Shown piece after piece: positions 54,150 through 62,350 of a DNA stretch of 64,000 nt; positions within the stretch are counted from its first letter, which is position 1; every line of letters begins with the position of its first letter. The notes beneath the pieces were generated by a model. It saw only the letters and a list, made by a program, of their open reading frames with translations. It was not told where the DNA came from and ran no database searches. Source of the DNA: a virus. The translations under genes and the position numbers were made by a program. The stretch covers positions 1 to 64,000 of the IMG/VR virus record IMGVR_UViG_3300050343_000177. One strand, written 5' to 3'.

Positions 54150-55109
54150 ATGTCTGTATATAAAGGTGAAACTTCCTACAGTGCTAATAAAGATGCAGCA
54201 CAAGCATTCCTTGACGACAAACTTTCTAAGAACAAATACAACTCTTCTAATGACTATTCAACAGAAGGGTTTGACCCCTCTAGCTATACATCCGAGCAAC
54301 TGAGCTCACTCAATGCCTCTGGTGGTCCAACTAAGTTTGGTAAGAAAACGTATAATGTTGTCTCTAATCAAGATGAGATTGATAACTTTAATAATGCACC
54401 TAGTACTGCAACAAGTACTTGGGATGGTAAAAACTATACTCGAAACTCAATGAACTCTGATGATTTGAAAAATCATTTTGGTCTTGCAGACGGTAGTGAT
54501 GTTGGATCTGGTTTTAATAAATCCACAGGTGCAACAGATGATAATCAAACCAAAGGAAATGCTTTACTTGGTGAAGGTTATTTGACAGACGATAACTACG
54601 AAAAACTTCGCAATTCTGATAAGGTTTGGGATGCTTATGCTGCTATGGAAGGGCAAGAAGCTGCTGATGAAAAACGTGAAGGAAATCCTGACGGTCTCTC
54701 TATTAATGCACTTGATGGCTTATTTGATAACCTGACAGCTAATGCAGACCCTAAAAAAGCTCCTGAACCTATAACTGAAAAAGAAGAAGTCGTTCACTCA
54801 CCTGAAATCCAACAGGCTAAAGCACGTGTTGGTAAGTATGAGAACGACATTCTCTCTGGTAAGACTTCACAAGATATCTACGGTGGCGCTGATGATTTTT
54901 ATACAGACTATCAACTGAAGCTTCAAGGCACGCCTAATCCAATAGGTAACAACAGTAACTATCGGTTTGACGATGGCGCACTGAACTTCAACGGCTCTGA
55001 TATCTCTGCTGATGAAAAACCACCTGCCCCTGTACAAGCAGCTTCTTCGTTCCTTGCTAATCAAAAGAAAAAAGCTATCAAAGACTTTAACATTAAACCT
55101 ACGAACTAA
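54150..55109 (+). CDS. Acidic low-complexity paralog
   Basis: HSPEIQQAKARVGKYENDIL. Confidence 0.65.
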   Translation: MSVYKGETSYSANKDAAQAFLDDKLSKNKYNSSNDYSTEGFDPSSYTSEQLSSLNASGGPTKFGKKTYNVVSNQDEIDNFNNAPSTATSTWDGKNYTRNSMNSDDLKNHFGLADGSDVGSGFNKSTGATDDNQTKGNALLGEGYLTDDNYEKLRNSDKVWDAYAAMEGQEAADEKREGNPDGLSINALDGLFDNLTANADPKKAPEPITEKEEVVHSPEIQQAKARVGKYENDILSGKTSQDIYGGADDFYTDYQLKLQGTPNPIGNNSNYRFDDGALNFNGSDISADEKPPAPVQAASSFLANQKKKAIKDFNIKPTN

Positions 55110-55239
55110 AAACTACAAAACTACGCTAGCTACGCTACTTCCTAACCCTTTCTGAAAAAATACATCTATAGAGGGAAGGCCACTGCCTATTAAAAAAGGA
55201 CTTTATTAGAATCGAGCGTAGTTTGTGTAGCAGCGTAGT
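55110..55239. repeat. Dispersed ~125-bp iteron-like element, copy C
   Basis: Identical 27-bp left arm, CTAACCCTTTCT, divergent right arm keeping GCGTAG/GTAG repeats. Confidence 0.85.
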
Positions 55240-55302
55240 AATTAACTCTATTTCACAATTATACAAATGCTTGTTAGACTAGTCATATCAAGCGATTATA
55301 AG

Positions 55303-55700
55303 ATGAAAAAGAAACACAAAAAACTACCTCCTTTAGAACATTTACTCTCTCTTTATGATTATGACCCCAATACTGGTGGACTATTAAGAAAGGAGCAGAA
55401 CCCAGTGAGCTCAATGCTATTGGCGCAGTTGGACTTCTGGAAGAGGATACAAATTACGTGTATGTCAAAAGGATACATTTCCTATTACATCGCATCGTTT
55501 ACTTTATGTTTCACCGTAAGGACCCTGGTCAATATGTGATTGATCACATCAACGGTGACCCTGCAGATAACCGCATTAAGAACTTACGCCGTTGTCGTCA
55601 GACAACTAACGCTAAGAACCTACGCAAGAAGGGTAAGTACGTCGTCGATGACGAAGGCGTTGGTCGCTGGGTCTCTGATGTTGTCAAAGCTGCTGTATAA
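55303..55700 (+). CDS. HNH endonuclease (frameshifted)
   Basis: LYDYDPNTG.L; HRIVY..IDHINGDPADNRIKNLR. Confidence 0.8.
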
Positions 55701-55795
55701 CTGTAAAACTGTAAAACTGCAGTGCTGTTAATGCTTTCCTGATAAATTTCGCACTTTCGGGCTCATTATCCTCATAGAGCTGTAACATATCCTTA

Positions 55796-55990
55796 TTGCT
55801 TCTTCGAGGGCTTATCAAACGTATAACTGTGATGGTTCCACCGGACATACATAGAGAGCTCAAGCTTCATGCTGTAGCGAACGATACAACTCTCCAAGAT
55901 TGCATAATGCAAGCCATAAAAGATCATTTACAGCACAAATGTAGAACTGTAAATGTGGATTCAAAATGTGCAGAGTCGAACACTAAATAG
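55796..55990 (+). CDS. Ribbon-helix-helix (ParG-like) DNA-binding protein
   Basis: KRITVMVPPDIHRELKLHAV..TTLQDCIMQAI. Confidence 0.65.
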   Translation: MLLRGLIKRITVMVPPDIHRELKLHAVANDTTLQDCIMQAIKDHLQHKCRTVNVDSKCAESNTK

Positions 55991-56088
55991 AGACATTCGA
56001 CTGTCGCATGTATACCTTCAGATTGCCCCCTATCGGGGGCTTTATTCGTTTGTGCCCCATTTGGGGTTTGTCCTATATATGTCAATCA

Positions 56089-57084
56089 ATGTCCCCTGCT
56101 AATTTCACATCCGGCTGGCTCGGCAACGGAGAGCGTGCGTGGCACGGCCAAGGTGTCGTCACCGAAGGCACACTCCCAGCGCGAGAAGCGTTTGAAACAG
56201 CGAACGCACTCTTCACTGTCGAGAAACGAGAGCTTACTTATCCAAAAGAAGTCATCGGACATCCGCTCTCTGACTCAGAAGCTATCCGCTTCACAAGTGA
56301 GCCATCAGGTGCCTACGGTCTCGTCCGCACTGACACCCAAGACTTGCTTGGCATCGTCAGTAAGCAGTACGAAATCGTACAGAACGAAAGTCTCCTACGC
56401 ATGGCGGAGTTCATCCGCGAAGAGGTTGACATGGACACCGTCGTCGTTCTATCAGATGGTGGCAAAGTCTGCTTTACCGCCACACTCCGTGGTGCGACGC
56501 AGGACATCGTCCGTGGTGACACAGTCAAACGCCGCATCGTTGGCTTCCTAGGCCATGACGGTAAGACTGGCTGTGGTGCAATGTTCACCAACATCCGTGT
56601 TGTGTGCACTAACACCCTTGCTGCAGCTATGTCTGCTGCTACTGCAAAAGTGAGCATCCGTCACAAGACTGGTGCTAATGACAACTTCGATCAACTGATT
56701 CAGTCAATCGATACTGCACGTGAGACATTCAATAATGAAGTCGAACTATTCCGTCAGTTTGCCGAGACACCTATTGAGCAAGCTGACTTCCGTGAACTCT
56801 TAGAGCGTGTCTACGCCAGTGAGATTCCTGAAGATAAGCAGATCGATGACTTACGTAAGTATCCCAAGCTCCGTCGTGCCTATACCGGTGGCTTAGGTCA
56901 GCGTGAGTTTGCTCCCTACACCATGTGGAGCGCAGTCAACAGTATCACTGAAGTAGAAACAAGCACGCAGATTGGAACACGCTCTCAGCAACGTCGTCAA
57001 TTTGCTAGGGCTAACTTTGGTGGTGGTCTGTCTATAAGCAGACGTGCTATTCAAGAAGCTGAGGCAATGCTTTCGCTTGTCTAA
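56089..57084 (+). CDS. DUF932 family protein
   Basis: AWHG.G, RTDT..LGIVS.QY.IVQN, HDG, IRVVCTNTL, IRH, T.W.A.N.ITE. Confidence 0.85.
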   Translation: MSPANFTSGWLGNGERAWHGQGVVTEGTLPAREAFETANALFTVEKRELTYPKEVIGHPLSDSEAIRFTSEPSGAYGLVRTDTQDLLGIVSKQYEIVQNESLLRMAEFIREEVDMDTVVVLSDGGKVCFTATLRGATQDIVRGDTVKRRIVGFLGHDGKTGCGAMFTNIRVVCTNTLAAAMSAATAKVSIRHKTGANDNFDQLIQSIDTARETFNNEVELFRQFAETPIEQADFRELLERVYASEIPEDKQIDDLRKYPKLRRAYTGGLGQREFAPYTMWSAVNSITEVETSTQIGTRSQQRRQFARANFGGGLSISRRAIQEAEAMLSLV

Positions 57085-57152
57085 TGTGGTCTTTCATTTA
57101 TACTTTACCTCACTAATTACATTCCAGTTAGTTAGAATGAGGTATAAGCTAA

Positions 57153-57710
57153 GTGATAATGACTATACGAAAAGGATTTACTGCAGTCTCTGAACAGATA
57201 CATATAGGTGATACTCGTGATAACTTGACAATCATTGACATAACTCAAAAAGTTATGGAACATTGGAAAGATAAACGCAAGTCTCACCAACTTACTATCA
57301 AATGTGTCTGTGGTAATACTTATGAAATAGGTGCTCGACGCTGGCTTAGTGACAAACCTAGCAGTTGTTCCACTTGCTCCCGTAATCACGGTCAAAGCAA
57401 GACACAACTTTATAACCTTGTCTCTCACGCTAAGCGTCGTGCGAAAGATAACAACCTTCCGTTTGACATTACTTGGCGAGACCTTGAGATACCAGACACT
57501 TGTCCTCTTCTAGGCATACCAATTACTTCTGGCAACGGCAAAACTTGCGACACTAGTCCAACTATTGACCGCAAACGTCCAGAACTTGGGTATGTCAAAG
57601 GCAATGTGTGGATTATTTCTCACAAGGCTAACCGTATGAAATCAGACGCAACCTTTAAAGAAATTCAAACCTTCTATGAAAATTACTACTCAATTCTCAA
57701 TACGGCCTAG
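57153..57710 (+). CDS. HNH-like homing endonuclease
   Basis: C.CG..SC.TC; IPDTCPLLG..SPTIDR..GYVKGNVWIIS.KAN.MK. Confidence 0.75.
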   Translation: MIMTIRKGFTAVSEQIHIGDTRDNLTIIDITQKVMEHWKDKRKSHQLTIKCVCGNTYEIGARRWLSDKPSSCSTCSRNHGQSKTQLYNLVSHAKRRAKDNNLPFDITWRDLEIPDTCPLLGIPITSGNGKTCDTSPTIDRKRPELGYVKGNVWIISHKANRMKSDATFKEIQTFYENYYSILNTA

Positions 57711-57727
57711 TCTCCGTCTTGTTTGAT

Positions 57728-58015
57728 ATGGCGTATAAATACAATCACGACCGTTCCCATGACGCTCGTTTACAGAGGTGTCACGAACTAGAGCGTAAAT
57801 CCTGCCTTCGGGCAAACGCTCGGTTTGTAGTGATACGTGGCGATGCAGCGTATGACGGTACAGGTGCAGTTTATGACTACTCCTGTCCAAGTCGTCAATT
57901 ATTCTTTGATGACCTACGTACTGCCCGTGCTTACGCACATCACGCAAGTGATTTGTGTGACTGTGAATATGGCGTCTATCGATATGAATTTATCGAAGGT
58001 GTAAATGTCTGTTAA
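57728..58015 (+). CDS. Hypothetical protein
   Basis: Intact ORF MAYKYNHD. Confidence 0.5.
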   Translation: MAYKYNHDRSHDARLQRCHELERKSCLRANARFVVIRGDAAYDGTGAVYDYSCPSRQLFFDDLRTARAYAHHASDLCDCEYGVYRYEFIEGVNVC

Positions 58016-58033
58016 TTATTTACTCTATAAATC

Positions 58034-58270
58034 ATGAAAATCAAGATTATGTATGACGTTGTTACGTCATTTGTTCTTACTGTCGAACGTGATGAACTTC
58101 CTGAAGATCACGACGAACTGCTTGAGTCAGTGACTCGTGCTGAGCTTGCTGATTGTCCTATGGAGGTCCACGAGATTGAATGGGACAACCTTAAAGAAGC
58201 TTGGCGTTCTTCTACCTCGGATAACACAACTGTGATGGATGAGGACGAAAGCATTGATTACTACAAATAA
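58034..58270 (+). CDS. Acidic hypothetical protein
   Basis: 78-aa ORF. Confidence 0.55.
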   Translation: MKIKIMYDVVTSFVLTVERDELPEDHDELLESVTRAELADCPMEVHEIEWDNLKEAWRSSTSDNTTVMDEDESIDYYK

Positions 58271-58667
58271 ATGCTCTCTCTTGTTTAAATCATGATGTTC
58301 ACACCTATGCCACATTACTATTCTCCACGCGAGAGAGTTTACACCCACGCTCCATTGATTCGATCCCGTCAAGAGAAGGATGAAATTGAATACATTTCAG
58401 ACATCGCTATATATCTAATGGACAAGGATCCTGAGGATCGTAGACCAAAGAAGTGATTACTGATCTATAATCAAATAGTCGGGGCTCTGTTCTAAACATC
58501 CCCATTAAGTCCCGATCACAAGGGCCACGGGAATTGATCACCCGTGCAGTATTTAACTATCTGTTAACACTTATATTCGTACTTACTTAGTGCGTAGTTA
58601 AAGTTTCGCAGTTCGCTTATGAGGTGAACTGCAGCTTGTTTATCATTCAATCTATTTATATAAAACT

Positions 58668-59021
58668 ATGACTACCGAATTTGCAGCTATCAATGTAGAT
58701 GAGTTGAATGAATTAATTTCTAAATTAACTTTTAATGATCGACTAGAATTCTGTTTCAGATCTAAGTCCCCTGCTGTACTTGCCTGGATTACACAATCTA
58801 AATTTTGTGGTGTTAATACTGCTCTTAGGCTTTCAGAAAATCCATGTATACCTGCCTTAGTTGAACAAAAGCTAGCAAGTCATCAGTATTATCATGTCAG
58901 AGAAAGAATTGCAAAACAAACTGAAAACAAAAGCTTGTTAATCAAATTACTTCAAGATTCAACTGTAACAGTAAAACGAGCTGCTGAAAAGAGACTTAAA
59001 GAACTACTTTCGCTTGTCTGA
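58668..59021 (+). CDS. HEAT/LRV-like repeat protein
   Basis: LSENP..P..V..KLA...Y.VRE.IA; LL.D....VKRAA. Confidence 0.6.
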   Translation: MTTEFAAINVDELNELISKLTFNDRLEFCFRSKSPAVLAWITQSKFCGVNTALRLSENPCIPALVEQKLASHQYYHVRERIAKQTENKSLLIKLLQDSTVTVKRAAEKRLKELLSLV

Positions 59022-59118
59022 TAGTTAACATGTCAATTCTTACGTGTTAACTATTCATTGATTTGCTAACATTTATATTCGTACTTACTTAGTGCGTAGT
59101 TAAATATACCTAATTGTT

Positions 59119-59475
59119 ATGTTAAAGAAACTTACTACTGGCTTAATTGCTAGTGCATGTTTGTTGTCTGCAGCTTTGCCTATTAAAAGCAACGCAGCTA
59201 ACAGCACCATGCTTACTAGCTATTACGCTCACTACTTCCACGGCAGGACAACTGCCAACGGTGAAGCATTCAATATGTATGCCAACACCGCCGCTCACAA
59301 AACCCTCCCGTTTGGTACAAGACTTCGTGTCTGCTATTCGGGATGCGTGGATGTCCGCATCAACGACAGAGGACCGTATATCGGTAATCGTCAGCTTGAC
59401 CTTTCTTACGGCGCTGCTAAGCGCATTGGTCTGCTGGGTCCTGGTGTAGCAACAACTACCGTAACGTTTCTGTAA
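59119..59475 (+). CDS. RlpA-like double-psi beta-barrel lytic transglycosylase
   Basis: [39 protein letters not shown]. Confidence 0.9.
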   Translation: MLKKLTTGLIASACLLSAALPIKSNAANSTMLTSYYAHYFHGRTTANGEAFNMYANTAAHKTLPFGTRLRVCYSGCVDVRINDRGPYIGNRQLDLSYGAAKRIGLLGPGVATTTVTFL

Positions 59476-59558
59476 CTCACAACGGTTAGTGTTCCGCGAT
59501 AAAGTGTAAATAAGCGGGAGCAAATCCCATGCTCCTGCTATACGAAACGGAGTGAATT

Positions 59559-59771
59559 ATGTCCAGAACTTACAGACAAGCAAAGCTTGATAACAACCAT
59601 TACAGAAACCCTCACACACAAAATGAGCGACGTCAACTAAACGGATTAATTGCAGATGCAAGAATCAATGATTGCCGTATCAGTCCTGCTAATCGCCTAT
59701 CTCGTCATATTCCTACAGACTTCGATGACTTGAAAGTTGCATCCTTTGCTGAAACTTTCTTCCAAGACTAA
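59559..59771 (+). CDS. Small basic protein
   Basis: MSRTYR..YRNP.TQNE..IPT.FDDL. Confidence 0.55.
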   Translation: MSRTYRQAKLDNNHYRNPHTQNERRQLNGLIADARINDCRISPANRLSRHIPTDFDDLKVASFAETFFQD

Positions 59772-59874
59772 GTAATAACACTTATGCGCATATCAAGACA
59801 TAACGTGTAGAATTATGAAGTAGGGATAACCTCCCGAGTACTTCGCCTTAATACACAAACAATGTCTTATTTAA

Positions 59875-60963
59875 ATGTCTTCAACTATTCTCACGCCCAG
59901 GTCTAATCCCCTTAAGGATACCTGGGATTCTTATCTCAACTGGGTCACAAGCACTAACAATCGTCTTTATGTCGGACTCTTCGGCACATTGATGATCCCT
60001 TGCTTGCTTGCGGCCACTACTTGCTTCATCATTGCTTTCATCGCTGCTCCACCTGTGGACATCGATGGTATTCGCGAAGGTGTCTCTGGCTCTCTTCTGT
60101 GGGGTAACAACATCATCTCTGGTGCTGTTGTCCCTAGCAGCAATGCAATCGGTCTTCATATGTATCCGATTTGGGAGGCAGCATCTCTCGATGAATGGCT
60201 CTACAACGGTGGTTGCTATCAGCTAATTATTTTCCACTTCCTTATTGGAGTCTGGTGTTACGCCGGACGTGAGTGGGAACTTTCCTATCGCTTAGGTATG
60301 CGTCCTTGGATCTTTGTAGCTTTTACTGCACCTTGTGCCGCTGCTACTGCTGTATTCCTTATCTATCCTATCGGTCAAGGTTCATTCTCCGATGGCATGC
60401 CTCTTGGTATCTCCGGCACTTTTAACTATATGTTGGTTTTCCAAGCAGAGCACAACATCTTGATGAACCCTCTACATATGCTCGGCGTAGCTGGAGTATT
60501 TGGAGGCGCACTGTTCTCTGCAATGCATGGATCACTTGTTACCTCTTCACTTGTTCGTGAAACGACTGAATTCGAATCACAAAACAATGGCTACAAGTTC
60601 GGTCAAGAACAAGAGTCGTATAATATCGTTGCAGCGCATGGTTACTTCGGTCGCCTAATCTTCCAATACGCAAGCTTCAATAACTCTCGTTCACTTCACT
60701 TCTTCTTGGCAGCATTCCCTGTTGTTGGTATCTGGTGTGCAGCACTGGGCGTTAGCACAATGGCGGCAAACTTGAATGGACTGAACTTCAATCAGTCAAT
60801 TCTTGACACTCAAGATCATGTTATCCCTACTTGGGCTGACATTCTGAATCGTGCCAATCTTGGCTTTGAAGTGATCCATGAAAGGAACGCCCACAACTTC
60901 CCGCTCGATCTTGCGTCAACTAGCGCCACACCTGTGGCCTTGATTGCACCATCTATTGGTTAA
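59875..60963 (+). CDS. psbA: Photosystem II D1 protein (divergent, E130 type)
   Basis: Full-length D1 with Y161, D170, E189, H190, H198, H215, S264, H332, E333, H337, D342, A344. Confidence 0.98.
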   Translation: MSSTILTPRSNPLKDTWDSYLNWVTSTNNRLYVGLFGTLMIPCLLAATTCFIIAFIAAPPVDIDGIREGVSGSLLWGNNIISGAVVPSSNAIGLHMYPIWEAASLDEWLYNGGCYQLIIFHFLIGVWCYAGREWELSYRLGMRPWIFVAFTAPCAAATAVFLIYPIGQGSFSDGMPLGISGTFNYMLVFQAEHNILMNPLHMLGVAGVFGGALFSAMHGSLVTSSLVRETTEFESQNNGYKFGQEQESYNIVAAHGYFGRLIFQYASFNNSRSLHFFLAAFPVVGIWCAALGVSTMAANLNGLNFNQSILDTQDHVIPTWADILNRANLGFEVIHERNAHNFPLDLASTSATPVALIAPSIG

Positions 60964-60970
60964 TTCAACT

Positions 60971-60996
60971 AGGCTCTATTACATAGGGCCTTTTTT
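60971..60996 (+). terminator. psbA terminator
   Basis: AGGCTCTA..TAGGGCCTTTTTT. Confidence 0.75.
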
Positions 60997-61145
60997 AATG
61001 CAATGAACCTAAACAAAGAACAACTGAATGATGTGAGACATGCAGTGGCTTACTATATGTACCACCACGTATCTATTCAGAACCCACGGTATAACGATTA
61101 TGAAGTTATACTACAATTGTTAAGTGATACTAAAGAGGAGGCTAA

Positions 61146-61457
61146 GTGAATGATATCGCTTGGGTAGCTGGAGTTTTTGAAGGAGAAGGTTCTATAAACC
61201 TTGTCCCAAATAGACCCAGCAGTGCAGCCCTTCAAGTTGCAATGACTGATTACGATATTATTCTCCGCATTCAACAAGTGCTAGGAGGTAATGTATATCA
61301 ACGTAAACAGTACAAAGCACATCACAAGCCTTGCTGGCTTTGGCAAGTGACTTCTAAAGAACAATGCTACGACGTGCTAACTAAACTATTACCTTGGTTT
61401 GGCGAGCGTCGTTCATACAAAGCTCTCAATACTCTTGATCATCTAGATAAAATTTAA
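61146..61457 (+). CDS. Single-motif LAGLIDADG-like protein
   Basis: WVAGVFEGEGSI, MTD.D.., GG.V, LLPW..RR. Confidence 0.75.
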   Translation: MNDIAWVAGVFEGEGSINLVPNRPSSAALQVAMTDYDIILRIQQVLGGNVYQRKQYKAHHKPCWLWQVTSKEQCYDVLTKLLPWFGERRSYKALNTLDHLDKI

Positions 61458-61458
61458 A

Positions 61459-61650
61459 ATGACTGTAACAAGTAACGAACGCGGCCAACAGAATCTCTGG
61501 GCCAAAGAACCACAAATGCAAATCATGGAGGTCCAAGTGACACACAACGAAATCGCAGAAAAGCTCAACGGTCGTCTAGCAATGCTTGGCGTTATTGCAG
61601 CCATTGGGGCCTATGCACTAACAGGCGATATTATCCCTGGTATCTTTTAA
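61459..61650 (+). CDS. hli: High-light-inducible protein
   Basis: AEKLNGRLAMLG..TG.IIPGIF; N.WAKEP.M. Confidence 0.95.
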   Translation: MTVTSNERGQQNLWAKEPQMQIMEVQVTHNEIAEKLNGRLAMLGVIAAIGAYALTGDIIPGIF

Positions 61651-61707
61651 CTAATGGGCGCAACTAGCGCCTATTATTGTTAGAATAAGTGGGTTGGAAT
61701 TAATACT

Positions 61708-62025
61708 ATGACCCACGATATTGCGTGGGCCACTGGTGTTTTTGAAGGTGAAGGTTATATTGTTCTTCACCCTAAATGTGTTTCAGTTCGTATTGGAATG
61801 ACCCAATCAGATTTGGATATTCTTGAACGTATGCAACAACTCTTCGGAGGCACCATTGGTCCCAAAAGCTACAAAGCTAAACCAGCTCACTGGAAACCTA
61901 CTTGGCAGTGGCGACTTGGTCGTTCTGCAGAAGTTCGTTCTGTTTTAGAACTGATGCTTCCGCTTCTTAGTGAGCGACGCGCTTGTAAAGCACAAGACGC
62001 ACTTGACAAACTTGATGGAGTTTAA
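61708..62025 (+). CDS. Single-motif LAGLIDADG-like protein (paralog)
   Basis: WATGVFEGEGYI; similar to 61146. Confidence 0.75.
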   Translation: MTHDIAWATGVFEGEGYIVLHPKCVSVRIGMTQSDLDILERMQQLFGGTIGPKSYKAKPAHWKPTWQWRLGRSAEVRSVLELMLPLLSERRACKAQDALDKLDGV

Positions 62026-62177
62026 CTATGTATTTTAATTTTCCAGGCGGGTTCTACGGAGGACCTTGCCTGATGTTTAACATTTACTCCTGGTAAATAC
62101 TGACCCAATGCCCCCGACTGGGGGCTATGATTAAAAAGTGACCAACGAATGGTCTGTCGTTTATATCTCAAATCACA

Positions 62178-62350
62178 TGGAAATGTCACGCGAGCAGCTT
62201 CAAGAGCTGACTGAAATAATTGAAGACACGATTCAATACAGTTGCGATCAATGGCAAATCTCAGGCGAGAAAGCCTGGACTGTCCTTCACTATCTCTCAA
62301 TTGCAAAGCTTGCTGAGCTTGAAGGCTTAGTCACTTCAGATGTTGCCTGA
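62178..62350 (+). CDS. Small conserved-looking hypothetical protein
   Basis: MEMSREQL..IEDTIQY.C..ISGE.AW. Confidence 0.55.

Noticed and set aside
43743-56088. ORF-track starts at TTG/GTG inside the repeats (43743, 45391, 46398, 48628, 50468, 52568, 56008)
   Set aside because: They translate the repeat itself (PPIGGF, MCSL); real ATGs lie just downstream
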